32,000 bases of DNA, taken from the NCBI RefSeq assembly GCF_001306055.1, contig NZ_LGHJ01000024.1, positions 1 through 32,000 on the forward strand, in the 5' to 3' direction. The position numbers and the translations under genes are program-made. Each line of letters starts with the position of its first letter. Position 1 is the first letter of the stretch. Source of the DNA: Bellilinea caldifistulae (GTDB taxonomy: Bacteria; Chloroflexota; Anaerolineae; Anaerolineales; Anaerolineaceae). This document shows positions 8,440 to 15,696 of this stretch, one piece after another. The notes under the pieces are model-generated. The model did not search any database and was not told where the DNA came from. It saw nothing but the letters and a program-made list of their open reading frames with translations.

Positions 8440-9222
8440 TCATTCAGGCTGGCGGAGTTCCCGCCAGCCGATTTCTGCTTCAAAAGCGCGCGATTCGCTG
8501 CCGTTCAGGCTGCCGCATACGACATGGGTGAGCGGGTGGGCTGAACGGGTTCCCACGGCCAGAGTCACACTTGCGCCGGGCAGCACCTCGTGGTTGTAGT
8601 TGATTTGCAGCCAGGCCGGCTGGTAGCGGCGGTAATGTTCCGGTGGGAAGCAGTCGCAAATCCATTCGACATAGCGGGCGTTGTTGACGTGATTCATCAG
8701 GTCGAGGTCGCTGTAAGCAGCCTGACGAGTCAGAATGGGGGTCATTTCAGGCGGCAGGCCGATTTTTTCCAGATTTTCATTCAGCGTGCATAAACCCTCA
8801 TTGGGCGGCAGACTGCCCGGCAGGCTGTTTGGCAACAACATGCGCCGTTTGTTGGGGTCAATCAACAGCCACGCCGAGGTTGCCACCGCAAGCCGTTTGC
8901 CGGAGCCCAGGGTAAATAAAAAATCACGCGTGAAGAAGATTTTTTGCTGAATGCCCCTGGGAAAGGTTTGCAGGATAATTTTGTCGGGAATGGTCGGAAA
9001 GGCCTCAAAGCGGATTTTGAGGCGGGAGAGAACCCAGATCATCCCTTTTGCGATCATATCGGGATAATCGTACCCCAGATTGCGAGCATGGTTGGCGGCG
9101 GCTTCTTCCATGGCGTGGAAAAAAGCGGCTGGCTTCCAGCGATTATTGAGGTCGGTTTCAAAGACACGCACGCGAAGTTGTTCGCACCAAATCGGCTGAG
9201 GAAGGGTTGAAGTGGGGGGCAT
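8440..9222 (-). CDS. Acyl-ACP thioesterase (FatA/FatB-like, double hotdog)
   Basis: 260 aa. The pattern VRVFETDLNNRWKP...MIWVLSRLKIRFEAFP and the second-half block DLDLMNHVNNARY are typical of the Acyl-ACP_TE family. Confidence 0.65.
   Translation of the reverse strand: MPPTSTLPQPIWCEQLRVRVFETDLNNRWKPAAFFHAMEEAAANHARNLGYDYPDMIAKGMIWVLSRLKIRFEAFPTIPDKIILQTFPRGIQQKIFFTRDFLFTLGSGKRLAVATSAWLLIDPNKRRMLLPNSLPGSLPPNEGLCTLNENLEKIGLPPEMTPILTRQAAYSDLDLMNHVNNARYVEWICDCFPPEHYRRYQPAWLQINYNHEVLPGASVTLAVGTRSAHPLTHVVCGSLNGSESRAFEAEIGWRELRQPE
8447..8480 (+). terminator. Hairpin 21 nt downstream of the serpin stop, embedded in the 3' end of the convergent thioesterase gene
   Basis: Perfect 9-bp stem GGCTGGCGG (8447..8455) / CCGCCAGCC (8461..8469) with loop AGTTC, followed by GATTTCTGCTT. 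Confidence 0.45.
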
Positions 9223-9237
9223 GGCAATCCTGCAAAT

Positions 9238-9885
9238 ATGAGGAAAGTAAAGATGGGTAAATTGTACTTCAAAATGAAAATGATGCCCGTAACGGATTTA
9301 CTGCTTTGGCGTCATAATAATAGCGTGATAGATGAAGAGAAACGCCTGCTGGAAGGTGCCCGCCGCTTTGACCTGGACTGTCTTGCGGCAATTTACGACC
9401 GTTACAGTGATGGTCTGTACGGCTATGTAGTCCGTTTGCTGGGCAACGCTGATCTGGCGGAAGAGTGTGTCTCGGAGACCTTTGCCAGATTTTTACAGGC
9501 GTTGCATAACGGCGGCGGGCCGCGCAATCACCTGAAAGCCTACCTGTACCGGATTGCCCACAACTGGGTTACCGATCAGTTCCGCCGTCAGCCGACAACG
9601 ATGGAATTGAGCGAGAATCTCGGCGGGGATGAAAATGATGATGCGGACGGAGCATTGCAACTTGAACAGGAAAAACAACGGCTGCGGGCAGCCTTGCAGG
9701 CGCTCACCCCGGATCAACGGCAGGTGATTCTGCTGCGTTTTTTTGAAGGATGGGAAAATGATCAGATTGCAGCGGCGGTTGAAAAGCCGGTTGGCGCGGT
9801 GAAAGCTTTACAGCATCGCGCCGTTGCCTCACTGCGCCGCTGGTTGGGAGAAGACGAGAGGGAGTGGAAGCATGGCGAAGAGTGA
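9238..9885 (+). CDS. ECF-type RNA polymerase sigma-70 factor
   Basis: Region 2-like block (YDRYSDGLYGYVVRLLGNADLAEECVSETFARF) and region 4 HTH (LTPDQRQVILLRFFEGWENDQIAAAVEKPVGAVKALQHRA). The start is uncertain: ATG 9253 has the better RBS (AGGAAAG). Confidence 0.8.
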   Translation: MRKVKMGKLYFKMKMMPVTDLLLWRHNNSVIDEEKRLLEGARRFDLDCLAAIYDRYSDGLYGYVVRLLGNADLAEECVSETFARFLQALHNGGGPRNHLKAYLYRIAHNWVTDQFRRQPTTMELSENLGGDENDDADGALQLEQEKQRLRAALQALTPDQRQVILLRFFEGWENDQIAAAVEKPVGAVKALQHRAVASLRRWLGEDEREWKHGEE

Positions 9886-11062
9886 CGAAATGAATGAAAA
9901 ATGGAGGGAGCGTTTGGACATCTTGAAGGATGTCCCGCCGCGCGATGCTCAACGTGCGGCAGAGAGTCGGGCTGTCTATCTGGAACGCGCCAGACAACTG
10001 GCAGAGACCGTATCTGGATCCCCGAAACGGCGTCCTTTAACCAAAGGGATGTGGATACCCTTGATCTTTTGGAAACGAAAGGAGCGGTCTCTGATGGTCA
10101 ATCCAATTCTTGCTTTGGTACTGGTACTTTCCCTGGTATTTGGGGGGGGAGGGGCAACCGTGGCTGCGGCCCAATCCAGCCTTCCTGATCAGCCTCTTTA
10201 TGGACTGAAACTCTGGAGCGAGGATGCCCGTCTCAGTTTCACCAACCAGCCGGAAAACGGCTGGCAGGTGGCTTTGCAATTTGCTGAGCGGCGGATTGCT
10301 GAAATTCGGGCGATGATCGAGGCCGGTAAACAACCGGATGAAGCCCTGCAAACCCGCTACGAGGCTCAGCTGGAACAGGCGCTGCGCTATGCCCAAAACC
10401 TGCCGGATGAGCAGGCTTTGCGGGCTTTGGAACAAATCCGCCAACGGTTGCGCCTGCAAGAGGAGCAGATGAGCCAATTGCCTGCCAATCAGGCGGTGGT
10501 TGTACAGACCCGAAAAATGATTCAACAGCGCTTGGAGTGGGTGGAAAACGGGCTGCAAGAACCGCAGCAGTTCCGTCAGCGGATGCAGCAACGCCAACTT
10601 CCGAATGAGGTTCCTCCGGCTCAGCCGGGCGGCGGCAAGCCGTGGACGGACGAGACGCCCACACCGGGCAGCGGCTACGGGCCGGGCGGAGCCGGCACTG
10701 GCAACCCGTGGACGGACGAGACGCCCACACCGGGCAGCGGCTACGGACCGGGCGGAGAAGGCACTGGCAACCCATGGACGGACGAGACGCCCACACCGGG
10801 CAGCGGCTACGGACCGGGCGGAGAAGGCAGCGGCAACCCGTGGACGGACGAGACGCCCACACCGGGCAGCGGCTACGGACCGGGCGGAGAAGGCAGCGGC
10901 AACCCATGGACGGACGAGACGCCCACACCGGGCAGCGGCTACGGACCGGGCGGAGAAGGCAGCGGCAACCCATGGACGGACGAGACGCCCACGCCGGGCA
11001 GCGGTTATGGTCAGCCGGGTGGACCGGGGGATACGGGCGGCGGTGGCGGTAAAAAGCCGTAA
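9872..11062 (+). CDS. Single-pass membrane protein, anti-sigma-partner-like (DUF5667-like extracytoplasmic domain) with C-terminal tandem repeats
   Basis: ATG 9872 overlaps the sigma gene stop (9883..9885) by 14 nt. One TM helix (ILALVLVLSLVFGGG), then LPDQPLYGLKLWSEDARL (DUF5667-like pattern) and a coiled Q/R/E-rich segment. These are followed by six copies of NPWTDETPTPGSGYGPGGEG(T/S)G. Confidence 0.6.
   Translation: MAKSDEMNEKWRERLDILKDVPPRDAQRAAESRAVYLERARQLAETVSGSPKRRPLTKGMWIPLIFWKRKERSLMVNPILALVLVLSLVFGGGGATVAAAQSSLPDQPLYGLKLWSEDARLSFTNQPENGWQVALQFAERRIAEIRAMIEAGKQPDEALQTRYEAQLEQALRYAQNLPDEQALRALEQIRQRLRLQEEQMSQLPANQAVVVQTRKMIQQRLEWVENGLQEPQQFRQRMQQRQLPNEVPPAQPGGGKPWTDETPTPGSGYGPGGAGTGNPWTDETPTPGSGYGPGGEGTGNPWTDETPTPGSGYGPGGEGSGNPWTDETPTPGSGYGPGGEGSGNPWTDETPTPGSGYGPGGEGSGNPWTDETPTPGSGYGQPGGPGDTGGGGGKKP
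10637..11017 (+). repeat. Tandem repeat: five full 66-nt units plus a degenerate sixth, in frame, within the anti-sigma-like CDS
   Basis: CCGTGGACGGACGAG recurs at 10640 and 10706, and then every 66 nt. Units differ at only a few positions (GCC/GAA, ACT/AGC, CCG/CCA). Each unit encodes 22 aa. Confidence 0.95.
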
Positions 11063-11080
11063 GTCACTAACGGTATGGGC

Positions 11081-12532
11081 TCATTTCTTCGTGCGGGCGG
11101 CGAATTCTTTCAGCGCCGCCCGCGCGGCGTGATAGCCAGCCATGCCGTGCACTCCGCCGCCGGGCGGAGTGGAGGCGCTGCACAGATAGACCCCTTTGAG
11201 CGGGGTTCGGTAGGGGTTGAGGCTGAAGACCGGGCGGGTGAATAGTTGAGTCAGCGTTTGGGCGCCGCTGTTGATGTCGCCGCCAACGTAATTGGGGTTG
11301 TAAGCCTGCATGTCGCTGGCGGTAAAAGTGTGCCGGGCGAGGATGCGCGCTTGGAAACCGGGTGCAAACCGTTCAATCTGGTCTTCGATGGCGGCGAGGT
11401 AATCCTCCCGGCTGCCATGCGGGACGTGGGCATACGCCCAGGCGATGTGTTTGCCGGGCGGGGCGCGGTGCGGGTCAAACGGGGTGGGCTGCACCAGAAT
11501 CACAAACGGTGGAGCGGGACTTTTCCCGTTCCAAACCGCCCGTTCGGCATGGGCGATTTCTTCGAATGTGCCGCCGAGATGGATGGTCAAGGCTCGACGG
11601 GCGTTATCGGCTTTCCAGGGGATGGGTGCATCCAGCGCCCAATCTACTTTGAAAATGCCCGGCCCGTAACGGTAGCGGCTCAACGATTGGCGGTAATGCG
11701 CGGGCAGACGGTCGCCGACGATGCGCAGTACCTCGCGAGGGGTCAGGTCGAGCAGGATGAGGCGGGCGGGCGGCAGTTCATCCATATGGTTGATCTGCCA
11801 GCCGGTACGGATTTCCCCCCCTAATCGCTGCAGGTGTTCACCCAGTGCACCGGCCAGGCGGGCCGAACCGCCCTGTGCCAGCGGAAAGCCGCTGGTGTGG
11901 GCGAGCATGTGCAGTACCAAACTAAAGGCGGCTGTGGCGGGCAAGTCCAGCGGCAGAATGGCATGGGCGGCCATGCCCGCAAAGAGGGCGCGTGCCGGGG
12001 GTGTGCGGAAAGCCAGCCGCGCCATCCAGGCAGCCGGAAGCAGGGCTAACGGCGCAAAACGCGCCGCAGCCAGCGGGTGGCGCGGCGGAAGAGGGAAGGG
12101 GCCGAGAAAATCGCTCAGCAGGTGATTTGCTGAGTGCACCAGGGGGGTCATCAGCCGTTGGTAGGCATTTCCATCCCGGCCGAGGCCGGCAGCGGTTTCT
12201 TTAATTGACCGGCTGATGGTGAGAGCCCGGCCATCATTCAGCGGGTGTGCGACCGAATAAGGTGCATAAACCCAGCGCAGGCCGTAATTGGCGAGGGGCA
12301 GGGAGGAGAGAAAAGGAGAGTTCACCGCCAGGGCGTGGACGGTGGCGCATGGATCATGGATGAAACCGGGCAGGGTCAGTTCGGCGCTGCGTAAACCGCC
12401 GCCAACATCATTGGCAGCCTCAATCACCAGCACTTTCAAGCCATTTTGTGCCAGGTGGATGGCGGCTGCCAATCCGTTTGGCCCGCTCCCGACGATGATG
12501 GCGTCCCAGTGGTTCTTTGAAGAAATCAGCAT
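11081..12532 (-). CDS. FAD/NAD(P)-dependent oxidoreductase of the phytoene-desaturase (CrtI-like) superfamily
   Basis: N-terminal Rossmann motif DAIIVGSGPNGLAAAIHLAQNGLKVLVIEA. 483 aa; the C-terminal GGGVHGMAGY is typical of this family. Substrate unknown. Confidence 0.65.
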   Translation of the reverse strand: MLISSKNHWDAIIVGSGPNGLAAAIHLAQNGLKVLVIEAANDVGGGLRSAELTLPGFIHDPCATVHALAVNSPFLSSLPLANYGLRWVYAPYSVAHPLNDGRALTISRSIKETAAGLGRDGNAYQRLMTPLVHSANHLLSDFLGPFPLPPRHPLAAARFAPLALLPAAWMARLAFRTPPARALFAGMAAHAILPLDLPATAAFSLVLHMLAHTSGFPLAQGGSARLAGALGEHLQRLGGEIRTGWQINHMDELPPARLILLDLTPREVLRIVGDRLPAHYRQSLSRYRYGPGIFKVDWALDAPIPWKADNARRALTIHLGGTFEEIAHAERAVWNGKSPAPPFVILVQPTPFDPHRAPPGKHIAWAYAHVPHGSREDYLAAIEDQIERFAPGFQARILARHTFTASDMQAYNPNYVGGDINSGAQTLTQLFTRPVFSLNPYRTPLKGVYLCSASTPPGGGVHGMAGYHAARAALKEFAARTKK

Positions 12533-12545
12533 GACCGGGTGGGGG

Positions 12546-12992
12546 TTACTCGGGCTGCGGGGCGGATTCTGGCTGCCACTGGATCACTTCGATACCGGCT
12601 TGTTGGAGAAATTGCAGGGCGATTGGGTCAATCCGGTAGGGTTCGCGATAGACCAGCCGTGCAATGCGGGCATTGATCAGCATTTTGGTGCAGTTCAGGC
12701 AGGGGAAGTGGGTTACATAACAGACCGAATCGCGGGTGGCCAGCCCAAATACAGCCGCCTGAATGATGGCGTTCACTTCGGCGTGTACCGTGCGCACACA
12801 ATGACCATCCACCATCAGATGTCCCACATCGTCGCAATGCTCCAAACCCGCCGGCGAGCCGTTGTAACCGGTGGAGATGATGTGCTTTTCACGCACCAGC
12901 ACCGCACCGACCTGAGCGCGGTCACAGGTGCTGCGCAGAGCCACATCCTCGGCTATTTTCATGAAGTAGGAATCCCACGAGGGGCGGGGCAT
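12546..12992 (-). CDS. dCMP (deoxycytidylate) deaminase
   Basis: RPSWDSYFMKIA N-terminus, plus zinc motifs HAEVNAI and PCLNCTK. 148 aa. It lies 13 nt upstream of the oxidoreductase gene on the same strand. Confidence 0.85.
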   Translation of the reverse strand: MPRPSWDSYFMKIAEDVALRSTCDRAQVGAVLVREKHIISTGYNGSPAGLEHCDDVGHLMVDGHCVRTVHAEVNAIIQAAVFGLATRDSVCYVTHFPCLNCTKMLINARIARLVYREPYRIDPIALQFLQQAGIEVIQWQPESAPQPE

Positions 12993-13027
12993 AAACTTAT
13001 TGTAGAGAAGTTGAGCGGCGATGTCAA

Positions 13028-13210
13028 ATGGATCGTACTCTTATTCTTGATGCCGCTCACCTCAAAGCGAAGTATCCCATTTCTTATGCGGATGCGTTCG
13101 TAGTGGCATTGGCAAGCCGTGAGGGTGCGGTCATTTTGACCGGCAATCCTGAATTCGAAACAGTTCCGGATATTGTTCGAATCGAGTGGCTGGGAAACAA
13201 TCACCTTTAG
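13028..13210 (+). pseudogene. Relic of a PIN-domain (VapC-like) toxin gene: C-terminal third only
   Basis: LILDAAHLKAKYPISYADAFVVALASREGAVILTGNPEFETV matches the C-terminal block of PIN toxins (..lkaky.ls.aDa..vAlA...ga.l.TgD.eF). The in-frame reading stops at TAA 12992..12994, so the N-terminal roughly 70 aa with the first acidic residues are missing. No antitoxin ORF is present. Confidence 0.5.
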
Positions 13211-13557
13211 CTTGAATTCGGGATAATGATGTTGATGTAATCCAGAACGAAGTGACGTTTGCGCCACATTGCATGGGGCGAAGGCAGGCGGTAATCTCCC
13301 TTACTTGTGCGGTTGGTGAGAAGGTGAGGAAATTTGCCGCGAGAGGATTGAATAGCCTGCCGACGGGCTGAGGGTGGCGAATGCGATTGAAGCCGAGCCG
13401 GATTGGCAGGTAACCCATCATCGTAAAGATTTTCTCAGTTATCTTGAAGGGATTGTTGCTTTTCGGGTACGAAAGCAGGAAGATTTTGGGAATGGTTAAG
13501 GAGCGATTTCCTTTCGAGTCTGTTTAGAAGGTTGTGAGAAAGGTTATAATTTCGAGC

Positions 13558-14556
13558 ATGGCAACCAAACAAGAGTCCTACGGTTCGCTTTCGATTCTGC
13601 TCACTTTGGGGCTGTTTATATGGGTGTTGTTGATGTACACCTTCCTGCACGAGGGTGGTCATGCCCTGGTGGCGTGGCTTTCGGGCGGAAGCGTGTATGT
13701 GTTTGACATCAACTTTTTCAACCTGGGGGCGCATGTACGCACCAGCGCAGAACTCAACCGTACCGGTGAGATTTTTAACAGCCTTGCCGGTATGGGGCTG
13801 CCGCTGCTGGTCTGGCTGGGGTTTATGCTGATTGCGCCACGGCGGGCAAGTCCGCTGGTGGAAACCCTGAAAATCATCTCGTCTGCCGGTGTGATCGGCT
13901 CGCTGATCCCGTGGGTAATTATTCCGCTGATTTACGCCAGCGGCGGCGGGCCGGTCAGTGATGATGCGGCGCGGTTTTTGCAGTACTCTGCTTTCAATCC
14001 AAACTGGGTGGCGGCATTTTTTGCTGTGATGATTTTTGGCATGTATCGTCTTGCGCGGGCGCGAATCGGCAATTCAGGCGCACTGCGAGATTTGATCCTG
14101 AACAACGCGGATGAAGCTGGGCTGGGCTGGCAGCAAAACCGCCGCTTCTACCTGACGCTGCTGATCAGCGCCGGGTTGGTGCTGAGCATGACCGTATTGA
14201 TCAACGGATTGGGCGGCGGTGGACGTGCGGTGCAGCCCCTGCCGGAGGGGTATCAATTCATCCGGCGGGTGGAGCTCGGTGGCGGGGATCAACAGGACGA
14301 GGTGATTGCGGTGTTTACCCGCTGGTTGGGGAGCGGCGGGATACTGCTGGATTTGGATGGAGTGAAATGCGAATTGCTGGATGTGCGTCTGGCAGGTGAT
14401 AACGGTTTTGAAGAAAGGCTGCTGTACGGCGAGGAATTCACTTCTGAGCGGGGGCGCGTGGAGTACACCAAAGACCTGCCACCCGGCGAGTACCGCATCT
14501 ACCTGACCACACGAGGCGGTGTTGGCGTGCTGACGGTTTACCTGCGTGGGCGGTGA
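13558..14556 (+). CDS. Membrane HExxH metallopeptidase (M50B-like) with a C-terminal beta-rich extracytoplasmic domain
   Basis: LHEGGHALVAWLSGG lies in the first TM region and several more TM helices follow. The tail (PPGEYRIYLTTRGGVGVLTVYLRG) looks like a beta-sandwich. ATG 13558 is preferred over the GTG at 13534. Confidence 0.5.
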   Translation: MATKQESYGSLSILLTLGLFIWVLLMYTFLHEGGHALVAWLSGGSVYVFDINFFNLGAHVRTSAELNRTGEIFNSLAGMGLPLLVWLGFMLIAPRRASPLVETLKIISSAGVIGSLIPWVIIPLIYASGGGPVSDDAARFLQYSAFNPNWVAAFFAVMIFGMYRLARARIGNSGALRDLILNNADEAGLGWQQNRRFYLTLLISAGLVLSMTVLINGLGGGGRAVQPLPEGYQFIRRVELGGGDQQDEVIAVFTRWLGSGGILLDLDGVKCELLDVRLAGDNGFEERLLYGEEFTSERGRVEYTKDLPPGEYRIYLTTRGGVGVLTVYLRGR

Positions 14557-14563
14557 GGCGAGT

Positions 14564-15616
14564 TCAGCGCGGCGGGTTAATTTGCCACAGGATTAACTTG
14601 CCGGTGGAGTCCAGCGAAGCCAGCCAGCGTCCATCCGGTGAAAAGCGCACACTGATGACACTTTCTGTGTGGCCGGTGAGTGTTTCGACCACGTTCATGT
14701 CGCTGGTGGTGTAGATATCCACCCGGTCAGCCACTCCAACTGCCAGAAGCCGGTCATCCCATGAGAATTCGAGCGCATAGGGCATAGCATCCTGGCGCAG
14801 GCGGAGGAGTTCCTGCCCCAGAACGGCATCCCAGACGAACAAAATAGGGGCATATTCGTTGTCTATCGTACCGCCGGCTGCACTGACCAGCAGGGTGTCT
14901 CCGCGCGAGCGAGCAAAGGCGGTGACAAAGTCCTCGTGATCCAGAGAGGGATAGAGGGTTTCGCTGGGGATGTTCTGCAGTTGAATGCGGGCGCGGGCAG
15001 ACCAGGCCAGGTCAAGGATATTTTCGGCAATGCGCACATCATAAACCGGGGCAGCGGTTTGGAAGCCACGCACGGTTTTGAGCGGGGTGAGGTTTTGCGG
15101 GTTGTAGAGATGGGCGGCCCATTCTTCGTTGGAGCCGATGACCAGCAGCAATCCATCCGGCGAGAAGTGAACCGGGCCGATCAAGAAGTCAGTGGCGAGA
15201 GTACGCTGCTCACCGTTGGTAATGTCGGTGAAGCGCAGGGTTTGCTGGTCGAGGATGGAGACGATGGTGCGTCCGTCGGCGGAGAAATCCAGCAGGCTGG
15301 GGGCTGCGGGGTCGTTGAAGGTGAAAAGCGGTTGCAGGGCAGACACGGCCAGCAGGACGGCGGTTTGATTCCCCAGCACGCCCAGCGTTTGGCTGTCGGT
15401 TGACCAGATCAGCCTTTGCGCATTGGGGAGACTGGCTTCGCCAACCGGTTGGAAGGGGGAAGCCGGGGTAGGTGAAGGGGCTGGCGTTTCGGTTGGCGGC
15501 GGAGCAGGGGTGAGGGTGGCGGTGGGGGTGGGCGTCAGCGTCGGCGGTTGTTTTGGGGCGGGTATGCAGGCGGTTAGGAGGAGAAGGAAGAGGAGAGGAA
15601 GGGATAGACGGGGCAT
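14564..15616 (-). CDS. Lipoprotein with Pro/Thr-rich tether and WD40/PD40-like beta-propeller repeats
   Basis: Signal peptide with lipobox LLTAC, followed by PPTLTPTPTATLTPAPPPTETPAPSPTP. Repeated xFSxDG motifs (DFSADGRTIVS, HFSPDGLLLV, RFSPDGRWLASLDSTGKLILWQ). Confidence 0.65.
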   Translation of the reverse strand: MPRLSLPLLFLLLLTACIPAPKQPPTLTPTPTATLTPAPPPTETPAPSPTPASPFQPVGEASLPNAQRLIWSTDSQTLGVLGNQTAVLLAVSALQPLFTFNDPAAPSLLDFSADGRTIVSILDQQTLRFTDITNGEQRTLATDFLIGPVHFSPDGLLLVIGSNEEWAAHLYNPQNLTPLKTVRGFQTAAPVYDVRIAENILDLAWSARARIQLQNIPSETLYPSLDHEDFVTAFARSRGDTLLVSAAGGTIDNEYAPILFVWDAVLGQELLRLRQDAMPYALEFSWDDRLLAVGVADRVDIYTTSDMNVVETLTGHTESVISVRFSPDGRWLASLDSTGKLILWQINPPR

Positions 15617-15654
15617 GGGATTTTTGTGAACCGGGTATGGTATACTTTTTGATG

Positions 15655-15683
15655 TTGACTTTCATTGATATTACCACTAAAAA
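15655..15683 (+). promoter_or_regulatory. Candidate promoter for the GT-C-like gene
   Basis: TTGACT (15655..15660), a 17-nt spacer, then TAAAAA (15678..15683), 13 nt before ATG 15697. No SD is evident. Confidence 0.3.
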
Positions 15684-15696
15684 GTGACTTAATAAA

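Noticed and set aside
10637-11017. Possible CRISPR array (regular direct repeats)
   Set aside because: The repeats are contiguous, with no unique spacers. The 66-nt period lies in frame inside a CDS, and no cas genes are present.
10239-11132. Alternative-frame ORFs across the repeat tract (244 aa on the minus strand; 175 aa and 136 aa on the plus strand)
   Set aside because: They exist only because the GC-rich 66-nt unit lacks stop codons in several frames. Their products are Arg-rich repeats with no start context. The frame continuous with the TM and DUF5667-like N-terminus is the coding one.
12288-13103. 271-aa plus-strand ORF bridging the oxidoreductase, deaminase and PIN relic
   Set aside because: It is antisense to two motif-supported minus-strand genes, and its composition is typical of an antisense artefact.
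13175-13183. GTTCGAATC, a tRNA T-loop-like motif
   Set aside because: The flanking 5-nt arms (TATTG / CGAGT) cannot pair. No acceptor or anticodon stems are present, and the motif lies inside the PIN-relic reading frame.
13435-13734. 99-aa minus-strand ORF overlapping the start of the HExxH peptidase gene
   Set aside because: It overlaps a motif-supported + strand gene. It has no RBS, and its Gln/His/Lys-rich product has no recognisable fold.
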